Origin: Aplysia californica
Taxonomy: Eukaryota
DNA length: 64,000 bases
NCBI RefSeq assembly: GCF_000002075.1
Contig: NW_004797420.1
Location: 1,208,862 to 1,272,861 of the forward strand
Direction: 5' to 3'
The notes below the pieces were generated by a model. The model saw only the letters and a program-made list of their open reading frames with translations, did not search any database and had not been told where the DNA came from. Numbering within the stretch: position 1 is the first letter of the stretch; each line of letters begins with the position of its first letter. A program made the position numbers and the translations under genes. Below, piece by piece: positions 1 to 13,300 of the stretch.

Positions 1-827
1 ATTGATGCTACCACATTTGTAAGCTTGGTCTCTTCTTCATAACGGATTTCAAAATTTCCCCCGTATCATGCCTCAATAGTAGTTTATTTTTGCTGTTCAA
101 TAGTATACAGGGAGATAGTATATCATATAATAATAATAAAACATTTATATAGCACTCAACCCCGATGAAGAACTGTGCCCTTTACAAATCTAATAGCAAC
201 ATATAAAAAGTGCAGTGTTCTGACTTAAAATATATCTATTTTTGTCTCAAAATGAACAATTTGTAGGCTAGATTACTGTATATAAATCACTCATTGTTGT
301 GATCCCAAAGGGTGGTGTTTAATATAGGGCCCAAATAAAGAGACTTTTTTATGACTGGATCAAAATTTGTTTAACAATATTTTTGCTTGGTCGATGGCCT
401 ACAGGAGTGCCATGCAAAGTTATGTGCACATTGGCAAATTAATAAATGAGCAGAATTATTTAACCTATATAAACCCTAATGAACAAACTACAATCATGCT
501 CACGACTGAATGATGAAGAGAACATAATCTTTTGCAGTCTTTGAACTCTTTGAGCCCTAGTCCAGAAATCACAGGCACCCAAGTTCTCTTGGACTGTCTG
601 CTAGATTTACATCTACCTATGCTGAGGTGTATGTTCAGAGCAGAGAAAGGTAAAAGCAGCATGCACCCAGGCATGCCCACAGGCCTATAGGGCTAGGAGA
701 GAGTAAAGGACAACATGGTTACACCCAAAACAAGTGGTTAGGTTGCCAACATTAGTGAAGCTCCTGACCAAACCCAACAAAACTTTTTACACACCTAAAT
801 AGTCAGGGCAATGAACAAACCACTAAC

Positions 828-1002
828 CTTTCTGTAAATGACCGAAATTATAGTCGACCTCAGCCTCATTCCCAGCAGGAAGGTAGCGTGGAAGTACTGA
901 TGAAGCAGGATGGACTGCACCAGAGCAATGAAGAGCAGCAAGGAGGCGTAGAAGTAGCCCCGCCAGGTGTACTCCTCTGAGCTGACAAACTGGATGAGAA
1001 GT
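828..1002 (-). CDS. ABCC1: ABCC1-like exon 9
   Basis: ttcgcag|A...AAG|gttag, 175 nt, LLIQFVS...WRGYFYA...LHQYFH...GMRLRSTIISVIYRK. Confidence 0.93.
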
Positions 1003-4000
1003 CTGCGAAAGTGCAAAATCATATGTAAGGGAGTGTGCAACTAGAAAAAAGTAAGCATTCAACACCATAAAAACTTGGACTCAAAAACAGAGATCAAATT
1101 GGCAGGCCAAGCATTAGGAAATGTTCTTAGGGAAACTCTTGTTCTCATGTCTAATGTAAATATACAGAGAAATCCATTCACCTTTTGGGTTGATTCACTT
1201 CCAGAGTGAACTTGGGCAACCTATGCTCAAATTGTCCGTGAATACGTCTGGCAACCAATGCACATGCGAGATGAACATTTAACCCTAATCCTCCTTAAAT
1301 CCACCAAAAATCCTCATGGCAGTTATGCTGTGTTAAAAATACTTTCAAAGTGAGAGCCAAAGCATCACGTGCTGCTTGTAAGGTGTTTCCCACGTGATAC
1401 TCACTTCAGCAACTGGGGGCTCAAAAACACCAAACAGTCATAGATAAACTTGAATGCAGCTGCCATCATAAAGGACCAAAAGTAGGTCCGGACGAGAGCC
1501 GAGAACAAGCTACGTTTTGGTGTCTTTGACTCATCCAGGTGGGGATTGTATGGAGCAAGAATAGCACTCCCTTCTTTGTAGATAAAGCTGGTCTCCAGTA
1601 TATCACCGTTTGCTACTGGTGACGGATTTCTAGAGAGAGAAATTTAAAATGTTGAACATACATAAGAGCAAATCTAAGACAAACGGGCAGCTGGACATAA
1701 ATATCACACAACCAGCAGAACATTAATATGATGCAAAACACACTTCACGGCTTTTCTTTCTTACTTTTCTCCACCCTCTTCGAGTGTGCTGAAACATACA
1801 TGAAAAAAGTACTGCTGTAGATATTATGCTGCAATTCAATGACAGAAACACTAAAATCAGCTTTACACTTTTACACATACACTATACTGTGTATCTTCTG
1901 AACAGATGGAAAGTAGTAATGTAATCCATAATTACAACTAGTAATTCTTTTAACAGTAATTTGTCTGTACTGATGTGATAATGTCTCTTACCATTGTAAA
2001 TTTAACAAAGTTTCTCTTCGAGGATCAATAAAGTTCAGAAAATGAGAAGCTAAATCAAGCAACTATTTCCACCACCTGCCTATACACCTAATATTCAAAA
2101 TACCATTAATCTTCACAAAATGATAAAAATCACATGACATTTCCCATAAATATTGTGCTTCTAGACACTGGAAAGACCGCAAGGTGTCTACAAGGCCATT
2201 AATTTTAAACAAGAAATACTTACACCTCTTTCGTAAGATTCCATTTCTTATAGAATTTGTGAGCTAAGTATTCCGTCTTGTCTTCATTGTTCAGAGACCA
2301 GAGGTCATCTTGAGTCAGAGGTCTCCTGTAGCCCTGGACTATCAAACTGAGGAGAGAATGGCAAACCAGAAATCAATAAAGACACACCCAAACAAATGAT
2401 ATACTTACAGAAACAATAAGAAGAGGGAAAGAAAAGACTTGGGGGGGGGGGGGGGGGGGGGGTTTACACCTGAAGGCTATCTCGCTTATTGGTGGACCAA
2501 ATTTTACCATATTTCACACATATAATAAGCATAGTAAGGAGTCTTAAAATCCGTAATCAAACTGGAGAAAAAAGTTCGTTTCCATGGATACAGCGGCCAT
2601 ATTGGATATTGTTGACATATCTTACGTAATGAATACCGCACTTATCTTTCATGGAAATTGTTTGTTTTTTTGCATGTTTGTTAGCAAACATTAGGTCTAA
2701 AAATGTATTTGTTGATTTTGTCCTAAACGAATTAGACAATTTTTTAAGAATTTTTACCTGAGGTCGTATTCAAGTTTGCTAAAAATCTGTGAAAATCCAC
2801 ACTCCAGACACCACCAACAAAAATCTATTCCATATATAAAAAATTCAAAAAAGACAAATTTTTAATATTACATCTTCTCTTCATTCTGTGAAAATTTCAT
2901 GAAGATTGGATGAAAAATAGTGGAGTAATTTTAAAAATAGCAGAGAAAAGGCGCGTTTTGAGAAAACGACTCATAAAGAAAAATAAAATATTGACTTTAT
3001 GAGGAAACAGTGGTGACAAACACACCCGGTATGGGAAGAAATAAGGCTTTTGGGGGTTCTTATGCTATGAAATAGTTGTAGGAGAGGCTGAGGAAGCTAA
3101 AAATGCCTACAACTCAAATTCAATAATTTTGAACCAAATCGGGACCCCTCTTAAAACCTGCCAGAAGTGCACACCAAGCGCCCGTCAAAACCAGATCAAA
3201 GTAATTATAACAATAAAAAGATGTATAAAGGGCAGATCACATCCAAGCACCCACCAACCACCATATATTCTGCACAAGGCACACTGGTTTACATACTTTC
3301 TACTTTGAGGCACATCCTCGCATAAGACAGGTTACAAATGACAAACATATTTAAATAGAAAGCGATCAAATAGGAAATGGTACCGAAAATATGGTAATAC
3401 TATGAGCAAACATGAGAATACTATGAGGAAACAAATAAGTGCCATATGCTTTCAGAGGACCATATTCTACACAAGACAACAAAAAAAAATACTATTTCAA
3501 AAGAAGGCTGTATCAACTCTGCCTCTCAGAGCCAACCCAGGCAAAGTCTGATACAAGATTCTCATCAGACAGATAGAGATACTCAATACGGTAACTTCCT
3601 AGACAAGAATTGAACCCAAGCAGTTTGTGGGCAACAACGAAGAGCCTAACCATTAGACCAGCTACCGGCAATCAATTTTCATCCATGAAGAACATAACAT
3701 ATTTACAATTCACTTGGTTTCTTTTAACTGTCAACCTCTTGGAATTTTTAAAAAAGGTCAAAAGCAAAAAACACAATAGCATGTATAAATGATGTTACAG
3801 TAGAATTAACACGAGTGTTCCAACAACCTTAGTACATCAAACTGATTCATATCAATCAATCTAATTGGGGAGGGGGCACCAGAAGAACAAAAAACTGACT
3901 AAATTTAAGATACAAACATAGAAAAGAGATATAAGACATTGAAAGGGGGCTCTCGTCGCCAAGAGATTAAGGTGTTGGCCTCTCATTCAAAGGTCCCGGG

Positions 4001-4244
4001 TTCAAATCTGGGTAGCGAACGGAAAATTTTCTTCTCTAAAATTGTCTCCTTTCACCTCCTTTCCTGCTCTTTACAGACCTGCCACTCTATGAAACCTCAA
4101 AATCAGGATCTCATGGAGAAAAAATCGGGATTTGGTGAAAAAAATCGGGATCAACAGCAAATCTGCCAAAGCTGACTTAAAATTTTTCCAGGGGTGTCCA
4201 TAAATTCCTTGGCCTATATGCCCTCTGTGTGTCTTTTTTTTTGC

Positions 4245-4303
<59 letters not shown>

Positions 4304-7300
4304 CGCGTGAGTAATCATTATTTTTTGTAAATCCTGAAGCATCGCGTCAAGAACTCCTAGTCCAAGTGTCTATAACCCCCCCTCACCCTCACCTTTACCA
4401 ATAAGTCCCGAAATACCTGAACTTAAGTTGACCCCGTCAACGGACGGTCCCCGACACGCAGAACTCACACGGCGATGATATGTCACGTGACGCGACTGTG
4501 CGATTGAAACAATACTAACGGGTCCGACCGACTAACTGGTTCTGGTTACTGCACGTTCACACAAAACACTCGGATGAGCGACAGTCGTTCTACTTCAAGG
4601 ATAACGACGGCGGCCGACCGACCAAATGTACCAACAAATCTCTTATCCCTCATGTGTATGTTAGTCTTGTCAGCGCAGTTACATGTAGTTGTGTAAGGGT
4701 TAGAAAGACAGTCGCTTGTCCGAGTGTTTGGTGTGAACGCGCAGTTACCAGACCTCGGACAATGCTTGTTTAGAAAAGTAAGAGCGGAACTACGAATATA
4801 ATCGATTATTAAATAACGCCCAAATAGAAACAGTTACCAGGCTATCATCGGAGAATTCTGAGTGCGGGAAAAGATCATAAAGGAGAAGGCAGAGGAAGTT
4901 TTAAGAAAAATCCGACACAACAGCAGACTGGGACAAAAAATCGGGATACACGCGATCGAAATCGGGAAAATCGGGAGGATTGAGATTTGGGGCAAAAAAT
5001 CGGGATATCCCGACTAAATCGGGATGAGTGGCAGGTCTGTCTTTAGCAATATTCTGCCGTCTGCTTTCGTCTCCTCTTTCTGCTCCCACCCCCTCACCTC
5101 CTTTGCCCCCTCCTCGGGGCTCCTGACTCTTTCTGCAGCCTTTCTACTGCTACTCCATGACTCCTTCTTACAGCTGTCTTTCTGCCACATCCCTGATCTT
5201 CTGGTAGGAAAGATCTACACCTAGCCTTCTCGGACAAGGGCGAAAAATCTTGCAGGGCCCGTGTGCAAGTTGTGCACGTAAAAGATCCCTTGCTGGTCTA
5301 AAATCAATAAGAGTAGGCTTCGGCTGCCACGCGGGCAAAATTCAAAATTTCCTACCAACTAAAAGTATTAGGTGTGTCCCGCGCACTCATATGACCTTAT
5401 GCAGTTGCGAGCGCCGTAAAACACTTCGCAAAAAAAAAAAAAAAAACCCATTGAAACCATTATCAGCTTTTCATCATACCTGGTGAACCACCAGAAAGTA
5501 ATCTGCGACAAGAAAGATGAATTCTTCTCTGGACTCGGATTCTGAAAATAAAAAAGAATATATACATAAGAAAAGAAATTCAAAAGAAAATGGCATTTGC
5601 TTTTCTGTGCCAACACTCTTCTAACAATCCATTTTCCCTTTTCTTTTCTCACAGTATATGCTTTGCAACAGCAAAATAAAAAAACCTGGTTTAAACACAA
5701 ATATAAAAGTCTCCTGTTGACCAGGTAAGTCTCTTGTTGACTATTAAAAAGTCCCTTAATGACCTGCAAAAAGTCTGTAGTTGAGCAATTAAGTTTCGAT
5801 TCAAAATGCAAAAAGTCTCTAGATGACAAATTCAAGTCTCTAGTCAACGTGCAAAGTCTCAGGTTGACCAAAACGTTTCCGGTTGACCAATTAGGAGCTA
5901 GCTTGACCAAATAAGTCTCTAGTTGACCAATAAAATCTCTGCAATAGACCACAAAAGTCTCCAAACTCGGGCATTATGTTTTTGTTTGTAAGATTTTTAA
6001 CACAGCACTCATCTATAAATCAAATGCTCATAAAGCAAGGGACTAAAATGTCAGCTCTGGTAGAAATGTTCATAAACAGAATAGATAAAGAAAAGGAAAA
6101 TGACAAACTGGGAAGGAAGAGGTCAAATCTGCATAATGGAGAAACATGTAGTGAAAACTGTAACAGCAAAAGACTGTTATGGATCACGCCTGTCTCGTTT
6201 CTCAGGACTTTTATAGAAAGGTTCAAACATATTTGAAATTGCATACTTATAACACATGTCAAATTAATCTCTAGCTTCACATTACAGCAAAGTAATTTTT
6301 TCTGTTATCATGGTCTCATGTAGCCTTTCAGTTAGGCAACTGAATCCCAAAATGTGCCTTCTTGAAACTAGGTTGTGAGAGGAATTGTCAAGACTCTCAC
6401 TTCAATGAGCTCTGTCCTAGTGGAGATGGATGATAATTTTAAGGTCCAGCCTCTTTATTGCCTAGCAGCATTTAAAGAGGTGTTAATGCCATTCTTCTCG
6501 GAAAGCCCAATCTCTATGAAACTCAAAAGAACAAAAAAGGAACTTTTTTTTTCAAGCATCACATTAAGTGATTTGCATTTGCACTATGTCTACAGCAAAG
6601 TGCAGTTCACTCAGTCCATTTCAACAATTTTTTTAAAAACAAAAGGAAAAGGAAGCCAGAACATCAGTATGCTCCTGACATTGGCCATTTCAGAGAACAG
6701 CATACACTTACTTGGTCTTCACTTCCGTCTCCAACTTGAGGAGGATCATCTACAAACAAGTTCAGTATGAATGCAAACAACAAGCACGGATAGTGAATGA
6801 AAATGGAAGGAGGAACATCATCCTGTGAAAGAGAAACCAGATTAAATCCTCAGTTAATCCCTTCCCAATAAATAAAGAGCCAGTTAGAAAAAAACTATTT
6901 TAAAAAACTGCCTGAAAAATGAAGGCCATATATTCTAGTGTCCACTATTCCCAATCACAAATTATTGTAAATATTCTATACCCCCACTGACATAACTTAA
7001 AATGTTTTCGGAGGCAGGATCCTTCAACTATGTCAATCAGGGCCAACCCAGGCTGAATGGGATACAACATTCCAGGAGATAGACAGAAAAACTCTATTAA
7101 TTAGCTTCCCTGCGCAGGAATCAAAGCCACCACTTCTGTGCCCAACAGAGAAGAGCCATCACCTCTTTAAGGTCTTAAATTGGCAATTAACTGTTAGCTT
7201 TGATGAAGAAGAGGTTAATCTCAGCGCCAAGTCAGACTTCATCTACCTATGGCCCTGGATTAAGCTAATTGTAGTGAGCAATCAGGAAGAATAATTCATA

Positions 7301-10300
7301 CAATTACAAGAGAGTATAAAAAAGCATATTTTTTAACCTTTATTACCATTTCCCCTGAACCCATAAACTGCAAAATCTGTTCTCCTTGGTTAAATTTTGT
7401 CCCTTCCCCCCCCCCCCCCCCCCCCCCCACCTCCTTTAAATAAACCCTTAAAGCGAAATAATATCGTTTAAATACACATCCAGAACACATTGCAGGGCCA
7501 TCCTTTCAGTTACTTTCACAGTAAAATTATTATTACAATCATAATAATAATACAATTAAAGACATTGAAGGATTCCGAACCTCTCTAGATGCTTGTCGAA
7601 TGACACTAATGAGTCGCAGGAAGCCACAGAACAAGAACAACAGCCAGAACAAGACCAAGACACCTGAGCTTCGTACACCTTTCTTGCGCTCAATTCCCAA
7701 AATGAACAGAGCCAGCATCTGTAAAGTACACGACACAACATTGTATGAGCTTAATTCTGCACAAGCTTACACAAGAAAATGACATAAATTTCAATCTAAA
7801 TAGTTCCTTCAAACAAGTAGCGTTTACCTGGTTATTCCCAATGTGTTGCAATGTTCACACAACAGGAACATGTTACAGCAACACGTTAACTTTTTTAAAC
7901 ATATCTGTAAGAGTTTGTGCATGTATTAGTTAGTGAGTGCATGTATGTGTATATACAGTTGTACATACTTACATAGATAAACACCCACAGAAGAAAAAGA
8001 AGACCTCTAGAGTCAAAATCATAACTTATTACTTTACCAATGTTACTGCACAAAAGACAATAATAACCTGCAACACACCTTCAATTTCAATTATTTTGAT
8101 TTGACACTCATTTCAGCACTTCAAGACACAATAAACTACAATAATAGATCATTTGAAAATAGGGTCACAATATACGACGGTTTAGTCCACCCAGTCTTCC
8201 ACTGCCTATTCTTGGCTATTTCACTACTGGTATATCCAGTCTTTACAAACTAGTAGAAAGTTCATCACTCACCATGGTAAACATGACTATGAGAGGAGAG
8301 ACGATGTCAATGATAGCAATGTCATCCCCTTGGCCTTTCTCAATGCCTGCAAATATGCACTCAAAGGCAGCAAAGGCGATAAGTACACAAGTCACCACCT
8401 ACATACACGAGGAAGAAAAAGAAAAAAAATTTTTACTTGATGGATTGTAAACACACTTACAGCACTAAAACAGGGGTCACCAAACTTTTTTTTTCAAAAT
8501 AGGCCGGACAACTGAGAGAATGATGACCATGAAGTGCTTTGCGAGAAAAAATCAAACAAACATAAATCACAGAAGAAAAGGAAAATCAAATGTGTCACAG
8601 CACAGTGGAATCAGGCCCTCGTCAATTTTGAGGCCTAAAGAGTTATTGGAATCATCTTAAAGCTTGTTCATTTGCTTTGCTTTTTTAAAAATAATATCCA
8701 TTTATCTTAGATACAGGTCAAGATATTGGCTATTGAAGGAGGTGGGGTCACCTGGTTTAAGAGGTAAAATTAGCAAAAAAAATAGCCAACAAAGCTGATA
8801 TATTTCCTTAGCTTGAGAGTCCGTGGAAACTGAAAAATTATGTCTTTTATGCCTTTAATCAACGTTTTTAGTCAATTCCAAACAGAAATGTGTTCTTTAC
8901 TGGGCATGAAGAGTGTTGAGCCAAAAAACAAAAATTCGATAAAAATTCCCAAACCTGCGGAAAAAGGCCAGTTTCTTGACTTTCAATATTTTGACGAGCA
9001 CCTGATTTCACCGCGCTGCCTCACAAAAAAATACACAACAGAATCTATTAAACAACCAACCCGACCAAACGTAAGGACAAAAAAAAAGGAAGCAGAACTT
9101 AATTGCTCTTTCGGAACTAAATGACTTTTTGGGAACAAAATAGTGTCAACTTTTCTTCCAAAAGGCTAAGAGAGCTCAAAACTTGTTATTGTAAAATAAA
9201 GCAAAAGAGAAAGGAAGTCTTAATACATTTTTTTTTAAGCAAGCCAACTAGCAATTTCTTTTCCCCATTCTTTTTTTTTCTGCTGCAGCCTCCATGAATA
9301 AAAATGACTGGATGAAAAAGATCTTACCACTTTGAGTATGTTGCACCAATTCCAGCCAATTTTTTGGTTGCGCTTTCGAAACAGCAGATACAACCGAATT
9401 GGTGCCATGAGAAAAAGGAAAGCACATGGTATTAGGGCCAAGATAGACTTTTGAAAGCAGGGTGTGAAGTCTGGGGTGGTTGTGTCCCAAGTCACGTTGG
9501 TATCCTGAGAAGAGAGAAAAATATCATATGATTTTTCCAAGTTGACGATGGCTAAGGGATAATTATACAGCATTTGAGAGGTTAAGAAATAATATGGAAG
9601 AGGGTAAGGGTTGAGGGTATCACTTGATGTAACATCAATCAAGACCACATACTTCCGCTACAATCCAAGCCAACATACTGCTGATTGGAGTGAAGTGCCA
9701 CTCCGTTGGGTATCCCTGGTACTACATCAGGGGCAAGGAAAAGTGGTGTAATGCTGATTAAAGCTGTGCTCACTTGACTTTACTGTTTAACATTCACCGT
9801 TTTTACCCTATTCAAACCGTAGAAGAGCCATTTCAATGTGCATGATTTTTACAGATAATGAATTGTCGTATCTATTTTTCCTCAACCCTCCGTAAAATTT
9901 AGAGCATATCATACCAAATCCTTGAAGTAAATACAGTAATGCTTTGTACTTGATGATTACCAGACAGAGTAATCAGTGGCACCAACAAGACTAATAAAAC
10001 ATGCCTCCAAAAAGTATTCTTTCCTATTCAATATTCACTAGTCACACCATTACCATGAATAGCTCAAGTGCCCATGACTCTCAAATATCAAAGCACAGAG
10101 GATGACTTTGCAAGAAAACAACAGTACAGTTGGCAGGTGCAATGAGCTCACCTTCCATTTTTCAAAAGTGTGAACCATTATGAATGGTGATGTGACAACT
10201 ACTTTGTATCATGGCTTATAATGTAATCCACCGTTGTTTTGGGGTGGCAGCTTTTGTTGAGTGGGGGGGGGGGGTGTGTGTCCTTTTTGGATTTTTGATT

Positions 10301-13300
10301 TTGTTGGTGGGTTTTTGTTTTTCGATCAATGGTGTTGTTCAACCACCCACCAGACCACGCCCCGGAGGGGGGGAGGGGGTTGGGTTTTGTTGGGGTGTTT
10401 TGTTTTGTTGAGGTTTGGGGTTCTTTCTTTTTTTTTGGTTGTTTGGATGTCATTTCCGATTTTGAGCGTTCTGCTGAAACCAGTACACATGCAGACATGA
10501 ACATGATTACAACTGTGAATTACACGTTTGAAAGTGAAGCCCAGCACATGACAGAAAACATTTCCAAGTCATCATCACAACAGCAACTCTCTCTCTCACC
10601 TGTCAACCTTGACAGTCAGAGCTATAAGGGCTGTCCCAGAAATAGCAGCAAAATGGCCATATTTAACAATAACTACACAGAACATATACAGCTCAACTTT
10701 AATTTGAACAGAATAAGACCAGAACTTCCCCCATGTGTCCTTTGTGTGACTATGCATATGAGACAGCAGTGGCGGTGGCTAGTGAAGGGCTTACGGGCTT
10801 GAGCCCCTCACCCCCACCCCGTCCCCACCCCTACTCTATCCCTTAGTTCATGAAAGTTTCTTAAATAACGAAATAAGCAGTTGAAACCGTCATGATCGCA
10901 CGCAATGAACACACAGTTATCAGCTTGGCGGCTTGCCCGTTTATCCAATCACTGCTTACAAATATAGTAACCTAACAGCCAATCAAATGTCGTTAGGGCT
11001 CAGAAAGAATAAGCCGGTTCCCACGCCCGTCTTTAATGAAACTCTTCTTGTTAAAAGGTAGAAGACTTTTTTTTAAATAACACTGCACAGCGGGCTCACG
11101 CTCTCCCAGCCCTGACAATTGGGTGAAAGTTTACGACACACTTTCCCCTAGTGACACAGATACCTATGCGCCCATTGGGCCTTTGTTAGGCGCGTTCTAT
11201 TTTCCGCAACAACACGACCCAATCCACCTCATAGACGGTATGTGTTTGGAGTGCTGTGTGTTTGGAGTGCTGTGTGTTTGTGCCGCTGAGATTTAACAGT
11301 TATTAGTTACATCAAACCACTTTGGAGGCAACTTTTTCTTCAGATAAAAACTAATTAGAGAAATTTGGAGGTGAGACGGCTTCGTCCCTACCATCCAGAA
11401 GCTTAACTTTAACTAAGAACAAAGAGATGGAAGACAAAGGTGACTCTTCTCGTTTGAATGGTTCTCAAAATGCCGTGGCTCGCAGTGAGTATAGCAAAAT
11501 CATCACTGTTTTGTTCTTATTGCTTGCTTTTTGGTGATAAAGAAGTGGAAGAAACCTAAGCCCCACCCAAATTTTGGTCCACCCACCGCCACTGTGAGAC
11601 AGTGGAACATCACCTTTTCCACTGCACAGCCCTAAATGACATCAGAGCTACACTTTTCCCTCCGAAACCTAACTTTGACAACACACTCTACGGAACATTA
11701 CAGCAACTGCAGAAAACCTGCACTTATCACTACATGGCATTGGACAGAAGGGCGAGAGCTCAGATGTTGCTGGATCGATAACAACAAAAATAACTACAGT
11801 TCAGGGAATACTCGATTTGGGTGCACCATTTAAGGCATGATGCTTTAGTGCAGTGGGATGGCGAAATGTGTCAGCTGGTGGGTTCCCAAACAGCTGACAG
11901 ATGACCACACAGCACATCAATGTCTGTAAAGCACTACTGGAAGGATGCCGGCAAACAGCACCTAACAAAATGGGAACTGGGCCTGCTATTGACTTCCAAG
12001 AACCTAATGAACGCTTTTTGGATCACAGTCCTAGTCTTGACCCTTCAGACTTCCATCTGTTTAGACCAATGCAGCGATATCTAGCCAGGGAGAAATTACT
12101 GATGACGCAAACCTTGGGGAACAAGTCAGCAATTGGCTTCAGTCGCTTGAAGTAAAATTCTACAGGGATAACATCCATTTACAAGAACTACTTGTGCAGA
12201 TTCAAAATTTCTCATGGTAAACGATATGATATATTCGTAATCAGTTTAACACTGCTTTTGCTGAGATCTATTGAGCTGATGGCCGATGTTAAATAATAGA
12301 ATCATTTATGCAAACTATGTAACTAAAATTAGAACAAATTCGGGACTCAACTGTCTCTATAAAATAACAAAATTAAGGCGCAGAAAAACAACCTTCTCAC
12401 GAAGAATAAATCTCTAAACATTGAGCTTTCAGTAGGTCAGAGTAATGGTTTGCTGTGTGGAGGGGAGTGAAAGTTATCGATTCTAAAGTTGACAAAAAAA
12501 AGAGAACTTCTTCACCAACACCGGCAAAGTCGCTTTGGGGGGCTCTCGTGGCCTAGAGGCATAGGAGTTCACCTTTCATTCAAAGGTCCCAGGTTCGAAT
12601 CCGGGTTGCGGTGGAAAAATTTTCTTCCTTAAAAATCGTCTCATTTCACCTCCTTTCCTCCTCTCGAGCAATGTTCTGTTATCTTCTTTCGCCTCCACTT
12701 TCTACCCCAACCACCTCACCCCCATTGCCCCCTCCTTTTGGCTCCTGGCTCTTTCTGCAGCCTTCTACTGCCACTCCTTGGCTCCTTCTTACTACTGTCT
12801 TTCAGCCACACCTCTGATCTTCTGGAAGGAAAGATCTACACCTAGTCTTCTCGGACAACGGCGAAAAATCTCGGAGGTCCCGTGTGCAAGTTGCGCACGT
12901 TAAAGATCCCTTGGTGGTCTAAAATCGATAAAAGTAGGCTTCGGCTGCCACCTGGGCAAAATTCAAAATTTCCTACCAACTGAAAAATGTTTAATGTGTC
13001 CCACGCGCTCATATGACCTAAAGCAGTTGCGAGCACCGTGAAACATTTACCAAAAAACAGAAAGTCGCTTCAGTGCTTATCAACCCCGATGACCCTAAGA
13101 AAGGGTGCTCCACGGTTGACTGCCGAGTCACGTCTGTCAACTAAAAGGCACAGAATCGGGTAAATAAAAAAAGGAGAGAGACGTCTGATGCCAGATCGAG
13201 GTCCCTCTGGAAAATTCGCATCAACACCAAGTCCAAGGTGCATTCAGCTTTCTCCCTCCCTCTCCTGCACACATGATATGACACATCATTTAAAAACCGT

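Noticed and set aside
5706-5965. CRISPR-like periodic repeats and the 198-aa ORF 5368-5964
   Set aside because: Eukaryotic intron, degenerate units with no unique spacers and no cas genes; the ORF is minisatellite read-through into ABCC1 exon 6
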